Of a stretch of 64,000 bases of DNA, positions 25,675 to 36,259 are shown in pieces. The notes below the pieces were generated by a model. That model worked only from the letters and a program-made list of their open reading frames with translations. It was not told the DNA's origin and did no database searches. How positions within the stretch are numbered: position 1 is the stretch's first letter; every line of letters begins with the position of its first letter. The stretch spans positions 186,001-250,000 of the IMG/VR virus record IMGVR_UViG_3300017917_002466; one strand, 5' to 3'. The position numbers and the translations under genes were made by a program.

Positions 25675-26390
25675 TATCTACTTCTCCCTAAAAGGTCTTG
25701 ATGCTTTTGTTTCAAATATTCTCTTATCTTTTGAAGCTTAATATCTTTATCATTATGAACTTGTGAGAACTGAGAATCTCCCCTTCTATACAACAAATAA
25801 GTTGTATCACACTTTTTAAACTTAAATCCTTTCTCATATGCCATCATCCAGAAGTCATAATCTTCCCAACCATCAACCATTGATTCGTCGTATCCACCAA
25901 CCACTTCCCAAACTTCCTTTCTGAACATTGATGCACAATGGATAAAAGGACTCTGTAACATTCTACCTATTTCAAAAGGTGGCCAGTTATAAAGCTTATC
26001 AGATGATCCAAAGCATTGAGAATTGGAATAAGAAATATCTACTTTATTATATATGAGATTGTCATAGTTCGCTTGTATATAGTTATCTGGAATCTTATCG
26101 TCTGCATCCAAACAAATGATAAAATCTCCATTACAACTTTCAATAGCTTTATTTCTTGTTGTAGGTAACTTCAGATTCTTTTCATTTCTTATAACTTGAC
26201 AACCAAGGAGTTGAGCTTCATTATAGGAATCATCTGAACTATAATCATCAACTACAATAATCTCATACTTCAAACTAGTTATATTTAAAGTAATAGAGCC
26301 AATACAATCTTTCAGGTACTGGCTCTTATTAAAGCAAGGGATGATTATTGAGATCATAACAAATTTCCGAAACAATACAAACATCAACAC
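25674..26390 (-). CDS. GT2 glycosyltransferase
   Basis: SIIIPCFN, VVDDYS, LDADD, EDYDFW; probable start at MISIII. Confidence 0.92.
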   Translation of the reverse strand: MLMFVLFRKFVMISIIIPCFNKSQYLKDCIGSITLNITSLKYEIIVVDDYSSDDSYNEAQLLGCQVIRNEKNLKLPTTRNKAIESCNGDFIICLDADDKIPDNYIQANYDNLIYNKVDISYSNSQCFGSSDKLYNWPPFEIGRMLQSPFIHCASMFRKEVWEVVGGYDESMVDGWEDYDFWMMAYEKGFKFKKCDTTYLLYRRGDSQFSQVHNDKDIKLQKIREYLKQKHQDLLGRSR

Positions 26391-26444
26391 ATGCTATGGG
26401 CTTGTATTAAAGTAAGAAGTTATATTCTCTTTGTGGTATTAATT

Positions 26445-27206
26445 CTATAAACATATCCAACCTTCTCTATAAATATCTTGATAGTCCTTTGGCCCTGTTT
26501 CTCCAAACCAATTCTTTGGAGCAATTACTTTTTCTTTATCTTTTCCAAGGTATGCTCCCCACCAAGAAAAGCTACTATTACAAATAACCAAAGAATCACA
26601 TTGAGAAAGTAAGTATAAATCTTCTATTTCATTAGTAAAAGGTGAATTAATCGCATTAGTAAACTTCATTTCCTTTTGAACAGAAGCCCAATCATCTGTA
26701 CAAATAATAGCTTGACTTTTGCCAAGTACTTTTGAGGCTTCTATATAGTAGTCTGATTTCTGTACTTTATGATAGTTTGAAAGTCTTATATAGTCTCCCC
26801 TTCGAATATGAATACCAACTATGGGATGGTTTAAGTTCTTTATAAATTGGTCTACTTTAAGTTTACATTCTTTTGAAAAAGTAAACAATTCTTTAACTTC
26901 ATTTGAATAGTCCCCAAAGTATTTTTCAGACTGAAAGAATCCATCTAATAAGATATTATCAATGGCCGGTATTGGATCAAAGTTAAATCTTGGTTCATTA
27001 TAAATTGATGGTGGTTGAAAATCTATTGATGGAATCTTTTGATAGAAGTTATCTTTATACTTATGTGCGGTATTACCTTGATTCGGACAAAAACTAAAGT
27101 TGTAATTGATTCCCCAATTAAAACTATTTCTCTTAGCAAATGCAAAAGCATTAGCTATTTGAAACATTTGATTTCCTAAACCGCCTTTTAATATTGGAAC
27201 TATCAT
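26445..27206 (-). CDS. GT11 alpha-1,2-fucosyltransferase-like
   Basis: GGLGNQMFQ, HIRRGDY, NSSFSWW. Confidence 0.92.
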   Translation of the reverse strand: MIVPILKGGLGNQMFQIANAFAFAKRNSFNWGINYNFSFCPNQGNTAHKYKDNFYQKIPSIDFQPPSIYNEPRFNFDPIPAIDNILLDGFFQSEKYFGDYSNEVKELFTFSKECKLKVDQFIKNLNHPIVGIHIRRGDYIRLSNYHKVQKSDYYIEASKVLGKSQAIICTDDWASVQKEMKFTNAINSPFTNEIEDLYLLSQCDSLVICNSSFSWWGAYLGKDKEKVIAPKNWFGETGPKDYQDIYREGWICL

Positions 27207-28148
27207 TTAAGCTCCTAATATTTCAATCAATATTTTAGCTCTATTAATATAAGTATGATTCTCTTTAACATATAACATCATTCTTTTCATATTTTCTTTT
27301 GATAGGGAAGCATAAGATTGTTCAGTAGTATAAAAAAGAGTATATGGGTTATTATCATAGGCTATATATCCTTTAAGAATATTACCAATATGTGGTGAAT
27401 TAGTTCCTGTAAACTTACCATAGCTAATATTTTTCCATATCCTACAAGGTATATAACCGCATTGTTGGTGCCAATTTCCACGAATATCTACTGAAATATA
27501 AGAGTTCTGAATTAGCTTTTTATTTTCTTCAAAGCTAATATTTCCTTGTCCAACTTTTATATTTTTCCCATTCTGTTGACAACATTGAGCAAACATTTGA
27601 AACTTAGGTAAAATATTATCGTGATTAGTACTTCCTATATAATAAACTGTTGGAATATTGGGATTGAATCTTATAGGATTTTCAACGTCTATTTCATGTG
27701 GAAGTAAATCGGTTGCCCAAGGTTGATAAATCGCATTATTCTTTTTATCCCAAAAACAAAAATCCCTTATTTTTTCAACTGTTGGCGTATTAGCAGTTTT
27801 AACTAAAAGATTATTAGGATCATTATAATTCATACTAATTCCACGTTCACAAGGCTCAACATAATTACAAAGATTGATTTGTTTACAACCAATGGCAACA
27901 TATTTGTCTGGATTACAATGATGAGTTATATATTTTATATTCTTAAAAAGAGGAACTTGTTGGTCTACTTGACCTTCTGTAAAAATAACAGTATCATTAA
28001 AATCAAAGTCTTTTACTTTTTCAACATCGCTATTATCAAACCAATAAGGTGTATATCCAAGATATTCAAATGCACGAAAGTATCCATAATAAACATAGCT
28101 ATTAGTATGCGTATGTAACTTATGACCCCATATCATAAACTTTTTCAT
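27207..28148 (-). CDS. Putative glycosyltransferase-associated protein
   Basis: Island context; YIPCRIWKNISYG...HTYINR tail like CgeB-type GT-B proteins. Confidence 0.55.
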   Translation of the reverse strand: MKKFMIWGHKLHTHTNSYVYYGYFRAFEYLGYTPYWFDNSDVEKVKDFDFNDTVIFTEGQVDQQVPLFKNIKYITHHCNPDKYVAIGCKQINLCNYVEPCERGISMNYNDPNNLLVKTANTPTVEKIRDFCFWDKKNNAIYQPWATDLLPHEIDVENPIRFNPNIPTVYYIGSTNHDNILPKFQMFAQCCQQNGKNIKVGQGNISFEENKKLIQNSYISVDIRGNWHQQCGYIPCRIWKNISYGKFTGTNSPHIGNILKGYIAYDNNPYTLFYTTEQSYASLSKENMKRMMLYVKENHTYINRAKILIEILGA

Positions 28149-29107
28149 ATTAACTCTCCAACTCTGTTTTTAATTTTATTATACAAACAATCTTTAATAT
28201 CTATGTCACCAAAATACTTAATAAACTCGCTATTTGAAAAAACGTAATGACCACAAACTTTAATTAGCTTTAATTTATTTTCAAACGGATTAAAGGTATT
28301 GTCGCCTTTAAGCCACTTAACCCACATATTAGAATTATAACATATTTCAAAAAATTTATCAAAGCTTTTTTCATCCATTTTATCTAAATAACATTCAGTT
28401 TCCATTCTACCAATTTCTGGAGCAATATTAATAGCATCTAATCCTTTTTGAAATTTAGACTGAATTAACGAACTATCTAAGTAATCTCCGTTATGTTCTT
28501 TACTCAAAATATTATAAAGTTTACAAATTTCAATCATTTCTCTAAGTTTATTTTCTTCATACTTACCAGTATTCATATCAAGTTTTAAATTTGTTCCAGA
28601 TTGTATAACAGCATATTTAATTTGATTAAAGCATTTAACATTCTTTTTCATAAAAGTAAGCATATACATTAATTGATCTGGTTTAAAACTTCTTATAGAT
28701 TCTTCAGTTCCAATTTCAAACATTATTTTTGAATTTTTTTTATTACAAAAATTTATGAAATTCGCTGTTATTTCAAAACATTTCATAAAATCTTCATCAA
28801 GCTTCCAAGGGTCAATATGAATCAAATCCATATATTCACAATCAGTAATTAAAGAAGCAATACCAAAGTCTTCTTGAATTCCTTGTTTTGGTCCTCCATG
28901 ATCTCTGCATATAACAATATCTTTATTTCTTTCTTTAACATATTGTACAAATTCTTCAGTAGTCCAATTATTAACATAACCACCATTAAAATCTATTTGT
29001 CTTCTTGAGGGAATCAAACCAATATTCAAACCAAAATTATTTAAGTTAATAATTACATCAACTATATTCTTACTCATTGGACCTAAAAACAACTTGGGAA
29101 AATTCAT
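28145..29107 (-). CDS. GatZ/KbaZ-like TIM-barrel aldolase/epimerase
   Basis: IPSRRQID..GGY, RDHGGP, IHIDP, KEHNGDY. Confidence 0.6.
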   Translation of the reverse strand: MNFPKLFLGPMSKNIVDVIINLNNFGLNIGLIPSRRQIDFNGGYVNNWTTEEFVQYVKERNKDIVICRDHGGPKQGIQEDFGIASLITDCEYMDLIHIDPWKLDEDFMKCFEITANFINFCNKKNSKIMFEIGTEESIRSFKPDQLMYMLTFMKKNVKCFNQIKYAVIQSGTNLKLDMNTGKYEENKLREMIEICKLYNILSKEHNGDYLDSSLIQSKFQKGLDAINIAPEIGRMETECYLDKMDEKSFDKFFEICYNSNMWVKWLKGDNTFNPFENKLKLIKVCGHYVFSNSEFIKYFGDIDIKDCLYNKIKNRVGELI

Positions 29108-29124
29108 ATTGGATTCCTTTAAGT

Positions 29125-29484
29125 CTAAATATTAACGTCTTTAATTCCATGATTTCTAGGAACGGTAATAGAAACTGATGTATTTTCTCCATCAAGTTTA
29201 CAATCATTAATAACAACTCTGATTCCTCCCCCAATTCCCATAATAAGTTGGTCATATATTATACCCGATTCGGCTAATTGTTTTTCAGTTGCTTTTCTAG
29301 TTGACTCTCTCCTACCAGTTGTCAAAATAATGTTATAACCTTTAATATCCCACTCTAATAATTTTTCTTTTGTGCCTTCTAACAATTCTAATTTGAAACT
29401 TTCTGAAGTAGTCTCAGTAGGTGGATTATGTCTAACTAATGTACCATCTATATCACAAAAAATTGTTTTAGGTCTGGAATCCAT
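29125..29484 (-). CDS. Small HAD phosphatase (capsule-biosynthesis type)
   Basis: FCDIDGTL, LTTGR, IND. Confidence 0.8.
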   Translation of the reverse strand: MDSRPKTIFCDIDGTLVRHNPPTETTSESFKLELLEGTKEKLLEWDIKGYNIILTTGRRESTRKATEKQLAESGIIYDQLIMGIGGGIRVVINDCKLDGENTSVSITVPRNHGIKDVNI

Positions 29485-29497
29485 ATAAACTCCTTTT

Positions 29498-30676
29498 TCA
29501 TTCCCATATTATTATACTTTCATTTTGTTTTTTCAAATTATTTACAATTTCTTCTTTATAAGCTCCAACTTTTAATATTATAGCCGAGTCGTTTTTAATT
29601 TCAATCTGATTAGGTGTTCTGATCTTTAAATTATAGCCGTATAATCTTGTATTATTTTTCATTTCAGAATTGTCAAGTATTAACTTAATCCTACTTTTAT
29701 TCAGTCCCAAGTTTAATAAAAATTGAGAAAATATATGGGCTCCAAATAAGTAAACATCTCCTTCAAACTTCTCTAATTTTTGATTGATTTCTGCCACAAA
29801 GTCTTGATAATATTTGATGCAAGACAGATACATTTCTTTATACTCATTATATTTATTAATGACAATACTATTGATTTTTTCATTGGTTTTTCTAGTCACA
29901 TATATTATGCTATGATTCGTATAATAAGTTTTATAAAGTATCTTAAAACTATTTTGGGCTAATAAAAAATCAGTAATTTCTTCAGTCAAAAATATTGTGT
30001 GCTCAAAATTAATAGTATTAATGAACTTATTTTTCAAAAAATCATAAAGATTTGGAATAGAGAATATATGTAAGCCTTCATCATTTAAAGACTGATTAAT
30101 CAAAGATAGAAAAGAGTTAATATCATAAGTATGCTCTAAAGTGTGCGAGTGCACTATTATATCCTTTTTTGATACTTTTAAGTCTTCAAAAAAAGAATCA
30201 ATGTATTTAATTTTGATATTTAAGTCTTTGGGCTTAAAAATATTTGGCTCAATAATTGTCCAATTTTTAATTTGTGGATTACTGCTCAAAACCATTGAAG
30301 CCAATTTTCCATTAGACCCACCAATTTCTAAAATATCAGGTTCTAATACTTTTTCTTTTTGAAGTATTTCATTGATTACATCTACAAAACAATTCCTATG
30401 TTTTTCCCACACTTCTCCAATTGATTCGGAATGATACTTAGAATAGATTAAATCTGGCTTTAAAACATTTCTTAGTTGAATGATTCCAGTATCTTTGCAA
30501 ATATCCCATATCATATCACAGAACAAATCTTTCTCAAAAGGCTCTTTAGTATGACCAATAAAAACCGGAAATTCTTTAATCGTAATTAAATGTTCTAAGC
30601 TGTCCAAACCCGTAACTATACTTTTAGTTCGGGTTTGATGTATGTAATTTTTATCCATCATATTTGATTCTCGCAT
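29498..30676 (-). CDS. NDP-sugar C-methyltransferase-like protein
   Basis: LEIGGSNG, HSHTLEH, FEH, C-terminal FGAH...ILDN Rossmann domain. Confidence 0.75.
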   Translation of the reverse strand: MRESNMMDKNYIHQTRTKSIVTGLDSLEHLITIKEFPVFIGHTKEPFEKDLFCDMIWDICKDTGIIQLRNVLKPDLIYSKYHSESIGEVWEKHRNCFVDVINEILQKEKVLEPDILEIGGSNGKLASMVLSSNPQIKNWTIIEPNIFKPKDLNIKIKYIDSFFEDLKVSKKDIIVHSHTLEHTYDINSFLSLINQSLNDEGLHIFSIPNLYDFLKNKFINTINFEHTIFLTEEITDFLLAQNSFKILYKTYYTNHSIIYVTRKTNEKINSIVINKYNEYKEMYLSCIKYYQDFVAEINQKLEKFEGDVYLFGAHIFSQFLLNLGLNKSRIKLILDNSEMKNNTRLYGYNLKIRTPNQIEIKNDSAIILKVGAYKEEIVNNLKKQNESIIIWE

Positions 30677-32231
30677 TAATTTCTTTCAATTTCCTATTTA
30701 AGTTAAATTTTCCAAAATTGAATAAAAATGTACTCAAAGGTTTTTCATGCAAAGGAGCCATATTAATCCAAATTATACTTGTCAATATTTCAACTTTATT
30801 GAAATCATAATGATTTTTAAGTATAAAATTATGAAGTACTTCTTTACAATTAATCAAATTTTTACTGCATAACAAATCACAGTATATTTTGTTATCTTGT
30901 TTTTCAATAGTGTATAATTTTCTATTGATTATGTCGTGATTGAAAATTAAGTTATGATTAAGCTTAGCCAAGTCATAATAAATATCTCCATTAATCAAAT
31001 CACCGGCAAAATCTTGTCGCCAGTCTAATAAAACAAAATCCTCTTTACTTCGACAAATTATATTATCTAAGATGTAATCACCATGATATTGGTATGGTTG
31101 TTCTGAGCATAACCAGTCCCTATCTATTGATTCTATTAATACTTTGGCGCTTGGTACTAAAACTTCATTGATAATATTAGGTTTATCTGTATCGTTTTCT
31201 TGTTCCAAGTATTTTTTAATTCTTTGAAGAGTCTTATCAAAATAAAAACTCTCGCATAGTTTTTTGAACTGATTATTTTTGGGCTTAACAATCCAAAGAT
31301 TGTTCTTACTCCAATTCAGAAAAGTTAAAAAAAAATCATCATTAACTACTTTGGATAATAACTCCCCTTCTGAATACTCATACTTATAAAAATTATTACG
31401 ATAGTCGATCAATTTCGGAGTAAGTGGTTCTAATTGTTTACATCTTTGAACTCTATTTAAGCACATTTTTTCGTCAAAAAAGAACTTTATAACAAAACCA
31501 TCAAAGATAAAAATGGACTCATCTACTTTATCTAATATTTCAAACTTATCGCTTATATGACTTCTAGCAAATTTTAACTCAGAAGAAGTACCAACATCAA
31601 ACCATGTCTTAAATTCCAGTATTTTAAAATCTTTATTCATATTGTTTATCCCATCACAGTCAGACAATTCTTGACAAGATGGGTTCTTGTTATAACAATT
31701 CTCCAATGCTTTCCAAAAAACATCATAATCCTTAATACCACACAATCCAATATAACAAAAAGTTGAATCGTGCAACTGACCTTTATCAAAGATTTTGAAC
31801 TTTCCTTGACTATTAATCATCCTATATTGTGAAGTATTGTTTTTATTACAACCAACCACATAGTTGTATTTTGGTTTAGGTATGGATTCAACAACAATGG
31901 TATCTGCGGCATGGAAGATAAATGGACATTGTAATCTATCCTTTGCTTTCAACATTGAATATCCTAAACTACTACCTTCACCTGAAAACTTATCAACTTC
32001 TACAAACTCAAAATGTCTATCATTATAAGCTAAAGTTAAAAAATCACGAACCTGATTCCCAAAATGTCCTAAGGTTATTACAAACTTAGTATCTTTAGGA
32101 TAGTTTTCTATGATATAAGATATGGATGGCTTCTTTCCAATTCTAACCAAGGATTTATTTGTATACTTAGTTAAATCACCAAGTCTACTTCCCAATCCAC
32201 CAGTAGTTATTAATACTTTAAACTCTTCCAT
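30651..32231 (-). CDS. Fusion of sugar-phosphate nucleotidyltransferase and choline/aminoglycoside-type kinase
   Basis: TGGLGSRLGDLT...NKSL; YHGDYILDNI, LLDWRQ. Confidence 0.85.
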   Translation of the reverse strand: MEEFKVLITTGGLGSRLGDLTKYTNKSLVRIGKKPSISYIIENYPKDTKFVITLGHFGNQVRDFLTLAYNDRHFEFVEVDKFSGEGSSLGYSMLKAKDRLQCPFIFHAADTIVVESIPKPKYNYVVGCNKNNTSQYRMINSQGKFKIFDKGQLHDSTFCYIGLCGIKDYDVFWKALENCYNKNPSCQELSDCDGINNMNKDFKILEFKTWFDVGTSSELKFARSHISDKFEILDKVDESIFIFDGFVIKFFFDEKMCLNRVQRCKQLEPLTPKLIDYRNNFYKYEYSEGELLSKVVNDDFFLTFLNWSKNNLWIVKPKNNQFKKLCESFYFDKTLQRIKKYLEQENDTDKPNIINEVLVPSAKVLIESIDRDWLCSEQPYQYHGDYILDNIICRSKEDFVLLDWRQDFAGDLINGDIYYDLAKLNHNLIFNHDIINRKLYTIEKQDNKIYCDLLCSKNLINCKEVLHNFILKNHYDFNKVEILTSIIWINMAPLHEKPLSTFLFNFGKFNLNRKLKEINARIKYDG

Positions 32232-32568
32232 AACTATCCTCCAACCTAATTACATCATCCAAGAAGTTTGTAGAGCTTTCTAAATAAAGACTATCAACCA
32301 ATGCTTCCATTCTATGAATTACTAAAGGCTCTATTGTATAGAAGTCTTTTTTGTTCAGCAATATCTCTGATAGATTTTCTTTGCTATCTCCGACATAAAA
32401 CTTTAAACACCCCTCTATAACATAAAAAGATTCATGCTTCTTTTTATGGTATTGTAAACTACAACGATGACCAGCTTTCATAAACAGTTCTTTAACAACA
32501 TAACCTTTATTAACTTCAATCCACTTTTCCCAACCCCAAGGTTTTTCCTTCAGTATAATATTTTTCAT
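32218..32568 (-). CDS. Cupin (mannose-6-phosphate isomerase type II-like)
   Basis: KPWG, SLQYHKKKHE, HR, DVIRLEDSYGR. Confidence 0.88.
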   Translation of the reverse strand: MKNIILKEKPWGWEKWIEVNKGYVVKELFMKAGHRCSLQYHKKKHESFYVIEGCLKFYVGDSKENLSEILLNKKDFYTIEPLVIHRMEALVDSLYLESSTNFLDDVIRLEDSYGRV

Positions 32569-34074
32569 TTATTCCTTTCCTATTCTCATTAGCTTTTCAA
32601 ACATCATTTGACCTTCTTCATTATTTTTCTCAGCTATTTTAATATCTAAGTAATATGATTCTGGCAATGTCACATAAAGCACAAAAGTTTTCTCTAAGCC
32701 ATATATTTCATCTTTATTCATAGTAGGCATGTTTAGTATGCTTCTATCAAAAAACGAAATTGGAATATCTTCTTCTCCTGTTATATATCCTTTCTCAATT
32801 GAAAGATTTCTTAATTGAGTACCAGAAAACGGAATGAATGTAAATACATTCAAATGACATTTTCCTTTAAGGATTTCAAAGGCTTTTTTAGTTAATCCTA
32901 TTGTTTCAAAAACTTCTTCTCTTGTTTCATCCGGCAGCCCAATCATACAGTTGATAACTGGAATAATATCATACTTAGCCAATTCTTTAAAAGCCGATAT
33001 AATTTGGATATTTGATAAACGCTTATCTAATAATTCTTTCCTTATTCTTTCTGAACCATGTTCCAAACCAACTGCAATAGATTTACAACCCATTTCGGCC
33101 AATAATTTAGTCTTTTCTTCAGTAAGAGTATCTAATCTACTTTGACAAAAGAATGGTAAGCCAACTTCTTTTTTGTAGCGAATAGCAAAATCTTTAAAAT
33201 CTTTCCTTGATAAAGCTGTAAAAGTTTCAGAAAAAAATGACAAATAGTCAATATCAAATTCCTTAACTAAGTATTTGATTTCATCGAAAATCTTATCGTA
33301 CTTTTTAACTCTATAATATCGACCAATATTTTCAGCCTTACATAAATTTTTGATAGCGGGTGCGGCACAATATGTACACCACCACGGACAACCCCTATCA
33401 GTATCAATGGGCATTACCCTAACAACCTTTCCAGAAAAAGGTCTATAAAACCTATAATTCTCATATATTGAAAAATCAGGCATAGGAGTTTTGTTTATAT
33501 CAACCAATGCCCTTAATGGATTTTTAACTATCCCACCATCTTTAATTGTGTAGATATTCTTAATTTTTGAGCAGTCTTTATTTTCCATGATATTAGTGGC
33601 TAATTCAACTATTGTTTCTTCACCTTCACCAATACAAACATAATCAACTAACCCACTTTTTAGAATCCTTTCATATGCAAAAGTTGCTCCTACACCTCCA
33701 AAAACTACTGGTATTTTCTTATCTTTAATCAGCTTTAAAAAATCTAATGAAAAGAAAATCGTACTATCAATAACCGATATTCCGATTAAGTCTGGTTGAT
33801 AATCGTTGATAGTTTTTACAAAATCCTCATAAATATTTTCAGTTTTACCTTTAAAGTAATTCTCAATATTTGTTTTCTTAACGTGTCCTAATTTGGTTCG
33901 CACATCATCATTAGTTTCAGTTTTAGACTTATAAATGCTACAATCAAATAACTTAGTTATAAATCCGGCTTGTTTTAAACAAGCCGATAATATAGCTAAA
34001 TGAGTGGGAGCAATTCCTAATAATGATTGATTAGGATAGAATAATAAGACTTTAAAATCTTTTTTAGTATCCAT
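32569..34074 (-). CDS. Cobalamin-binding radical SAM enzyme (copy 1)
   Basis: N-terminal B12 domain (GGVGAT, GEGE); RGCPWWCTYC; VGLEHG. Confidence 0.9.
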   Translation of the reverse strand: MDTKKDFKVLLFYPNQSLLGIAPTHLAILSACLKQAGFITKLFDCSIYKSKTETNDDVRTKLGHVKKTNIENYFKGKTENIYEDFVKTINDYQPDLIGISVIDSTIFFSLDFLKLIKDKKIPVVFGGVGATFAYERILKSGLVDYVCIGEGEETIVELATNIMENKDCSKIKNIYTIKDGGIVKNPLRALVDINKTPMPDFSIYENYRFYRPFSGKVVRVMPIDTDRGCPWWCTYCAAPAIKNLCKAENIGRYYRVKKYDKIFDEIKYLVKEFDIDYLSFFSETFTALSRKDFKDFAIRYKKEVGLPFFCQSRLDTLTEEKTKLLAEMGCKSIAVGLEHGSERIRKELLDKRLSNIQIISAFKELAKYDIIPVINCMIGLPDETREEVFETIGLTKKAFEILKGKCHLNVFTFIPFSGTQLRNLSIEKGYITGEEDIPISFFDRSILNMPTMNKDEIYGLEKTFVLYVTLPESYYLDIKIAEKNNEEGQMMFEKLMRIGKE

Positions 34075-34076
34075 TA

Positions 34077-34748
34077 TTATTGTCTTCCCAAAAATATTTT
34101 TTGAAAATATTCTAATTGATTATTTACAACTTGAGGGACTTTAGCTAAATAATCACCTTCAACTGAATACTTATGAAGGTCGACTTCTTCTTGTGATAAG
34201 CAAATTCCAACTATTCTTTCTTTCATTTGTGATTCAAATTTATCATTAGGAAGTAAAGCTTTATGTAAACCCTTTTCAAAAAACTTTTTCATAATATCTT
34301 GCTTATAAATTCCAGCAGCAGCAAATACTCCAATATGTCCAGTATTTGGAATAGAATTGTATTTGGTCATTGATAATACTTTAGTTGCATAATTTAATTC
34401 TCTTGATAAAAAAGGCCCCTCATTAAAATACATAAGGTTCCAAGTTTTATCATCATATAAGAATTTATCAAATGATTTCTTTAAAAGCATACTATCTTGC
34501 ATCAAGAAATAAAAATGTTCATTGGGATATTCTTCATATGCTTTCCATAATGATCCTGCTCCACGATGAGGATTTATATAATCTGAAACTATTACGTTTG
34601 GATACTTTTTTACTTTTTCTATATAGGTTTTATCATCCGAATTTGAATCATATATTATCGTTCGTTCGTTTGGATGAAATTGAAATATAGCATCTAAACA
34701 TATAAAAATTGGACTTCTTTCTGTATATTTGGATGGTATAATAAACAT
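34077..34748 (-). CDS. GT-A-like glycosyltransferase
   Basis: IYDSNSDD, LMQDS; context. Confidence 0.55.
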   Translation of the reverse strand: MFIIPSKYTERSPIFICLDAIFQFHPNERTIIYDSNSDDKTYIEKVKKYPNVIVSDYINPHRGAGSLWKAYEEYPNEHFYFLMQDSMLLKKSFDKFLYDDKTWNLMYFNEGPFLSRELNYATKVLSMTKYNSIPNTGHIGVFAAAGIYKQDIMKKFFEKGLHKALLPNDKFESQMKERIVGICLSQEEVDLHKYSVEGDYLAKVPQVVNNQLEYFQKIFLGRQ

Positions 34749-36257
34749 TTATCCTCCCATAATTTTTTTAAGTTTTTCAAACATCCTTTGACCTTCTTCA
34801 TCATTTTTTTCGGCTATTTTAATATCTTTCCAATATTTCTTATCTAACTTAATATATAAATGTACTGTTTTCTCTAACCCTAATATTTCTTCTTTACTTA
34901 AATTTGGCATATTAAGTATACTTTCTTTATACCAAGAAAAATTAATTTCATCTTCTGGTGAAATATATCCTCTATCTAAAGCTATTTGTCTTAGTTTAGT
35001 TCCAGAAAAAGGTATAAAAGTAAATACATTGATATTGTGATTACCCTTTAATATCTTGGATATTTTTCTATTCATTTTAATTGTTTCAAATATTAGTTCT
35101 CTATTTTCATCTGGTAATCCAATCATGCTATTAATTGTTGGCTTAATACCATATTTTGCCAACAATCTAAATCCTTTAAGTACTGATTTATTAGTTAGCT
35201 TTTTATTAAGTATTTTAGTTCTAAATTCTTCATCTCCATGTTCTAATCCAACTGAAATAGCTACACAACCAATTTCTTTAAGAAGTTTAGTTTTTCCATC
35301 TGTAAAACTATCCAATCTTGTTTGACACCAGAATGGAAGATTAATTTCTTTCTTATATCTTTCAGCAAAAATTCTAAATTTTTCAAAAGGTAAAGCTAAC
35401 AAAGTTTCTGAACTTATATAAAGAAAGTTAATATTATATTTTTCTATAATCTCTTTAGAATCAGAAAAAAATTTGTCTAAACTCTTAACTCTATAATATC
35501 GGCCTGACTTTTCTGTTTTAAAGAAAGATTTTAAACCTTCAGCAGCACAATATGAACAAGAAAATGGACACCCTCTATCAATATCAAATTGAGCCATTCT
35601 AACAATATTACCGTCAAATGGACGATAAAACCTTTCATTATCATAAATTGAAAAATCTGGAGTTGGAAGATCATCTAAGTTAGATAATTTTCTAGATGGA
35701 TTTTTAATTATCTTATCATTTTCAATATAACACATATTCATAACTGTTTTAGGATTTTCTTGATTCTTAATTCTATTACACAATTCTGGTAAAGCTTCTT
35801 CTCCTTCTCCAAGACAAACAAAATCAACATAACCGGACTTAAGTATTTTTTCATATGAAAATAAAGCTCCAACACCACCAACAACTACTGGTATTTTTTT
35901 ATCTTTGATTTTTTCTATGAAAGAATAAGATATTTGTATCGTACTATCAACTAAAGTTATAGCTAAAAGATTTGGTTTATAAGAATTAACTAAGTCTATA
36001 AAATCATTATAGATATTTGAAGTTTTTAATGGCGCGATTTCATCTATATTAGTTTTCTTTACATGACCTAATTTTTCTCTTATATCATCTTGCTTTTCGT
36101 TAATAGATTGATAAGTTGAACAATCAAATAACTTAATATCATATCCGGCTTTTTTCAGACAAGCGGCCAACATAGCAATGTTACTTGGAACAACTCCAAC
36201 ACGAGGATCATTTGGAAATAGAAATAATACTTTAAATTTTTCAATTGGTTTTTTCAT
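34749..36257 (-). CDS. Cobalamin-binding radical SAM enzyme (copy 2)
   Basis: B12 domain; RGCPFSCSYC; colinear paralog of 32569-34074. Confidence 0.9.
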   Translation of the reverse strand: MKKPIEKFKVLFLFPNDPRVGVVPSNIAMLAACLKKAGYDIKLFDCSTYQSINEKQDDIREKLGHVKKTNIDEIAPLKTSNIYNDFIDLVNSYKPNLLAITLVDSTIQISYSFIEKIKDKKIPVVVGGVGALFSYEKILKSGYVDFVCLGEGEEALPELCNRIKNQENPKTVMNMCYIENDKIIKNPSRKLSNLDDLPTPDFSIYDNERFYRPFDGNIVRMAQFDIDRGCPFSCSYCAAEGLKSFFKTEKSGRYYRVKSLDKFFSDSKEIIEKYNINFLYISSETLLALPFEKFRIFAERYKKEINLPFWCQTRLDSFTDGKTKLLKEIGCVAISVGLEHGDEEFRTKILNKKLTNKSVLKGFRLLAKYGIKPTINSMIGLPDENRELIFETIKMNRKISKILKGNHNINVFTFIPFSGTKLRQIALDRGYISPEDEINFSWYKESILNMPNLSKEEILGLEKTVHLYIKLDKKYWKDIKIAEKNDEEGQRMFEKLKKIMGG

Positions 36258-36259
36258 TT

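Noticed and set aside
26345-26445. Weak hairpin (AATACAA/TTGTATT) upstream of GT2
   Set aside because: Single copy, AT-rich, no second instance or covariation
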